Below, in pieces: positions 55,838 through 58,090 of a stretch of DNA of 58,090 nucleotides. Location of the stretch: the NCBI GenBank assembly GCA_937928685.1, contig CALGJU010000156.1, positions 1-58,090 of the forward strand, given 5' to 3'. The translations under genes and the position numbers were made by a program. Below the pieces are notes generated by a model that saw nothing but the letters and a program-made list of their open reading frames with translations, did not search any database and had not been told where the DNA came from. Numbering within the stretch: position 1 is the stretch's first letter; the number at the start of each line of letters is the position of its first letter. Source of the DNA: an uncultured Granulosicoccaceae bacterium (GTDB lineage: Bacteria > Pseudomonadota > Gammaproteobacteria > Granulosicoccales > Granulosicoccaceae).

Positions 55838-56662
55838 GTGTCGGTATTTACGTGGAATTCAAAAACCACCATTGAAGTATCTGCGCATACGCTTGAGGCG
55901 ATCAGCTATGGGCCTGAACCCAAAGATGCGCTAACCATTGTATTACTGCACGAAGGTCTTGGCTGTATAGAACTGTGGCAAGACTTCCCCCGGCAGCTTG
56001 CAGAGCGTACGGGGTGTGGTGTGTTTGCTTACTCGCGCGCAGGTTACGGCGCCTCTTCCAGTGTGACTTTACCCAGGCCCCTTGACTACATGTCACAAGA
56101 GGCCACCGAGGTGCTTCCTGTCATACTCAATACAATTGGTGCTCAACGGTTGGCGTTAGTCGGTCATAGTGACGGTGCTTCGATTGCGGCAATCTATGCG
56201 GGGTCTGTTGCAGACTATCGCGTTCGAGCATTGGGACTTATAGCACCGCATTTCTTCACCGAGCAGATAGCGCTTACCGCGATAGCTGAGGCTAAAGACA
56301 GCTACATCAACGGCGACCTTAAACAAAAACTAGACAAATATCACCACAATACAGATAACGCATTTTATGGCTGGAATGACGCGTGGCTCGACCCAGACTT
56401 TGCGGACTGGAACATCGCAGAGTGCATTGATTATTTGCGTGTGCCGGTACTGGCGATTCAAGGAGCTGATGATCAATACGGCACACTGTCGCAAATTGAT
56501 GAAATTCAACAGCGCTGTTATTCGCCAGTGGAAAAGCACATTATTTCCGACTGCCGTCATGCGCCCCACTTAGAAAAGCCAGGCGAGACACTAAGTGCAA
56601 TAGTGGAGTTTATAGATCGGTTGGAGCGGATCGACGCTGCCAGTATGATTCCGCCTATATAG
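55838..56662 (+). CDS. Alpha/beta-fold hydrolase
   Basis: GTG start 2 nt after the ligase stop. The nucleophile elbow is LVGHSDGAS and the C-terminal His lies in DCRHAPH. Confidence 0.85.
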   Translation: MSVFTWNSKTTIEVSAHTLEAISYGPEPKDALTIVLLHEGLGCIELWQDFPRQLAERTGCGVFAYSRAGYGASSSVTLPRPLDYMSQEATEVLPVILNTIGAQRLALVGHSDGASIAAIYAGSVADYRVRALGLIAPHFFTEQIALTAIAEAKDSYINGDLKQKLDKYHHNTDNAFYGWNDAWLDPDFADWNIAECIDYLRVPVLAIQGADDQYGTLSQIDEIQQRCYSPVEKHIISDCRHAPHLEKPGETLSAIVEFIDRLERIDAASMIPPI

Positions 56663-56782
56663 CGGTTGACATCAAACAAACCCTCAACCAATATATAGTC
56701 ATGAATCTAAACGTGGCACTAATAACACAAATTATTATCGTTCCTTAGGAATGGTGGGAATTTGATGCGTAACTAATTTATC

Positions 56783-56805
56783 AAACCCGCCCAAGAGGCG
56801 GGTTT
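56783..56805 (+). terminator. Terminator-like hairpin after the hydrolase gene
   Basis: AAACCCGCC-CAAGA-GGCGGGTTT followed by CCTACTT, which is a weak T-tract. Confidence 0.5.
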
Positions 56806-56859
56806 CCTACTTCTGCCTCTCGGTAAATGTCGATTCCGGGTTAACCTGATGGTGGCAGA

Positions 56860-57378
56860 ATGAAAAAAATAGCAGTGTTCGGTAAGCCAGGTAGCGGTAA
56901 GTCTACTTTGAGTAAAAGCCTTGCAGCGGCAACCGGCATAAGGCTGCATGCATTAGATTCTATTGTCTACAAAAAGAACGGTGACCGCGTAGATCGACAT
57001 ATCTATGATACGGCACACGAAAACATACTCTCGTCCGACAATTGGATCATTGATGGCTTCGGTCCGATAGAATCTTTTTATAAGCGACTGGAGGCAGCCG
57101 ACACACTAATTTATATCGACCTGCCGTATCCGGTGTCGTATTGGTTAGTGACAAAACGATTTTTAAAAGGAGCGCTTGTTAAGCCCGAAGGCTGGCCGGA
57201 GGGGAGTTCTGTTGTAAAGGGAAGTTTGGAAAGCTATAGAGTGCTTAGGCTTTGCCCGATGTTCTGGAATGATGAATTTACGCAGAAACTGGATAAACTG
57301 TCTGCCGATGCATCGCTATATGTTATTCGATCAATTGACGAGCTAAATTGTTTTGTAGGCGATAATGTGAAAGCGTAG
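56860..57378 (+). CDS. P-loop NTPase / adenylate-kinase-like protein (topology-modulation FlaR-like)
   Basis: Walker A motif FGKPGSGKST. The 172-aa protein has kinase-like size. Its GC content looks lower than neighbouring genes by eye. Confidence 0.7.
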   Translation: MKKIAVFGKPGSGKSTLSKSLAAATGIRLHALDSIVYKKNGDRVDRHIYDTAHENILSSDNWIIDGFGPIESFYKRLEAADTLIYIDLPYPVSYWLVTKRFLKGALVKPEGWPEGSSVVKGSLESYRVLRLCPMFWNDEFTQKLDKLSADASLYVIRSIDELNCFVGDNVKA

Positions 57379-57404
57379 GATATTTGCGATCAGAGCAGGA
57401 ATTC

Positions 57405-57430
57405 CTGCCAACTCAAATTGAGTCGGCAGG
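57405..57430. terminator. Hairpin between convergent genes
   Basis: CTGCCAACTCAA-AT-TTGAGTCGGCAG is an imperfect 12-bp stem. Confidence 0.45.
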
Positions 57431-57441
57431 CATCGCGACAG

Positions 57442-57978
57442 TTAGAATTGCCCTGCAGACTCTGTTGCTGTTGGCTCGTCACCAAAAGTTGTGCAGCCAA
57501 TTGCGGTAGCGCATGTTTTGAGATCTACCGGATCAAACCCCGTTTCGGGAGCTGGAAAAAAGACTAGGCAGAATTGAGTTTGCGTTGCGCCAGGGTTCCC
57601 CTGAAGGTACCGAATGTTTGGAGTGATACTCCCTGCCGTATCCAATGAAAAGCTTGGTGCGATTCGGCAATTGCTATTAGCTATATGCTCTTCTGTAAAT
57701 GGAAGAGAAACTGTGCAGAAGCCGGGTCGATCAGTGGTGACCTCTGGTGTATCTGAAATAATACCCATGTCGAGGCCCTCTTGTACTGCCTGCGGTGCAT
57801 CAGATAGCCACTGGGTGTATTCAGGCAATGCACACACCGAATTCAATCCCGGAACTGCCTCACCGGTACGGCTTTCGTATCGGCCTACGAATCGCTCTAA
57901 GGTTCTTTCGGCATTACGCAGTCGACGCAGTAATTGCCGCGAAGGCAGCTGTTGTACCCTACAATAAATGGCGCCCAC
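57442..57978 (-). CDS. Hypothetical protein
   Basis: 178-aa ORF with no recognisable family. The start is uncertain, and an overlapping plus-strand ORF of similar size makes the coding call tentative. Confidence 0.35.
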   Translation of the reverse strand: MGAIYCRVQQLPSRQLLRRLRNAERTLERFVGRYESRTGEAVPGLNSVCALPEYTQWLSDAPQAVQEGLDMGIISDTPEVTTDRPGFCTVSLPFTEEHIANSNCRIAPSFSLDTAGSITPNIRYLQGNPGATQTQFCLVFFPAPETGFDPVDLKTCATAIGCTTFGDEPTATESAGQF

Positions 57979-58090
57979 ATGCCCACGTAAAACTGTGCTG
58001 AGGTATCAAAGATTTCCCACATTAGAACTGTTGTTCAAAAGGAGTTAGAAAACAAAATAAACCGGGACGCAGAAAGTAGAAAACCGCGAC

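Noticed and set aside
1-58090. Scan for CRISPR arrays, tRNA or rRNA genes, transposases, integrases, and phage or defence-system genes
   Set aside because: By eye I recognised no regularly spaced direct repeats, no cloverleaf-like intergenic sequences and no recombinase or nuclease-ATPase modules. The only mobile-like features are the two non-autonomous repeat families reported above.

Overview
The window looks like a chromosomal segment of a roughly 50% GC, apparently aerobic, probably marine Gammaproteobacterium. This taxonomic call is an inference from gene content such as a Vibrio/Pseudomonas-type EF-G paralog, a PDH operon and TRAP transport. Coding density is high. I recognised no rRNA, tRNA, CRISPR array, transposase or prophage genes. 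The main blocks, in order:
- aceE-aceF-lpd and maeB.
- A complete corrinoid-dependent methyl-transfer and C1 module at 8.9-18.3 kb: corrinoid protein, DUF1638, a small unknown protein, MetV/MetF, a methyl-THF:corrinoid methyltransferase and a reductive activator. A GbdR-like regulator and a non-pyrrolysine MttB-family methyltransferase lie convergent to these.
- A translationally coupled pair encoding a giant BON/OmpA protein and a 908-aa coiled-coil protein.
- A vertebrate-like amidinotransferase, a molybdopterin oxidoreductase and a YciI + ECF sigma pair.
- An M17 peptidase, a TRAP transporter and a homocysteine S-methyltransferase.
- EF-G2 preceded by an unusual long leader.
- A larA-larC-larE-larB operon fused to a D-2-hydroxyacid dehydrogenase.
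- fpr, a tandem GFA protein, and an aryl-CoA ligase with a hydrolase.
The most notable observations:
1. A Tat-signal thioredoxin-family gene whose catalytic WCxxC cysteine codon is an in-frame TGA, making it a candidate selenoprotein. The ORF track shows only its C-terminal half.
2. Poly-arginine termini on all four methyl-transfer partner proteins, opposite a strongly acidic N-terminus on the corrinoid protein.
3. Two MITE-like repeat families in divergent promoter regions.
4. A consensus promoter, an untranslated stretch of about 270 nt and a terminator hairpin directly upstream of fusA2.
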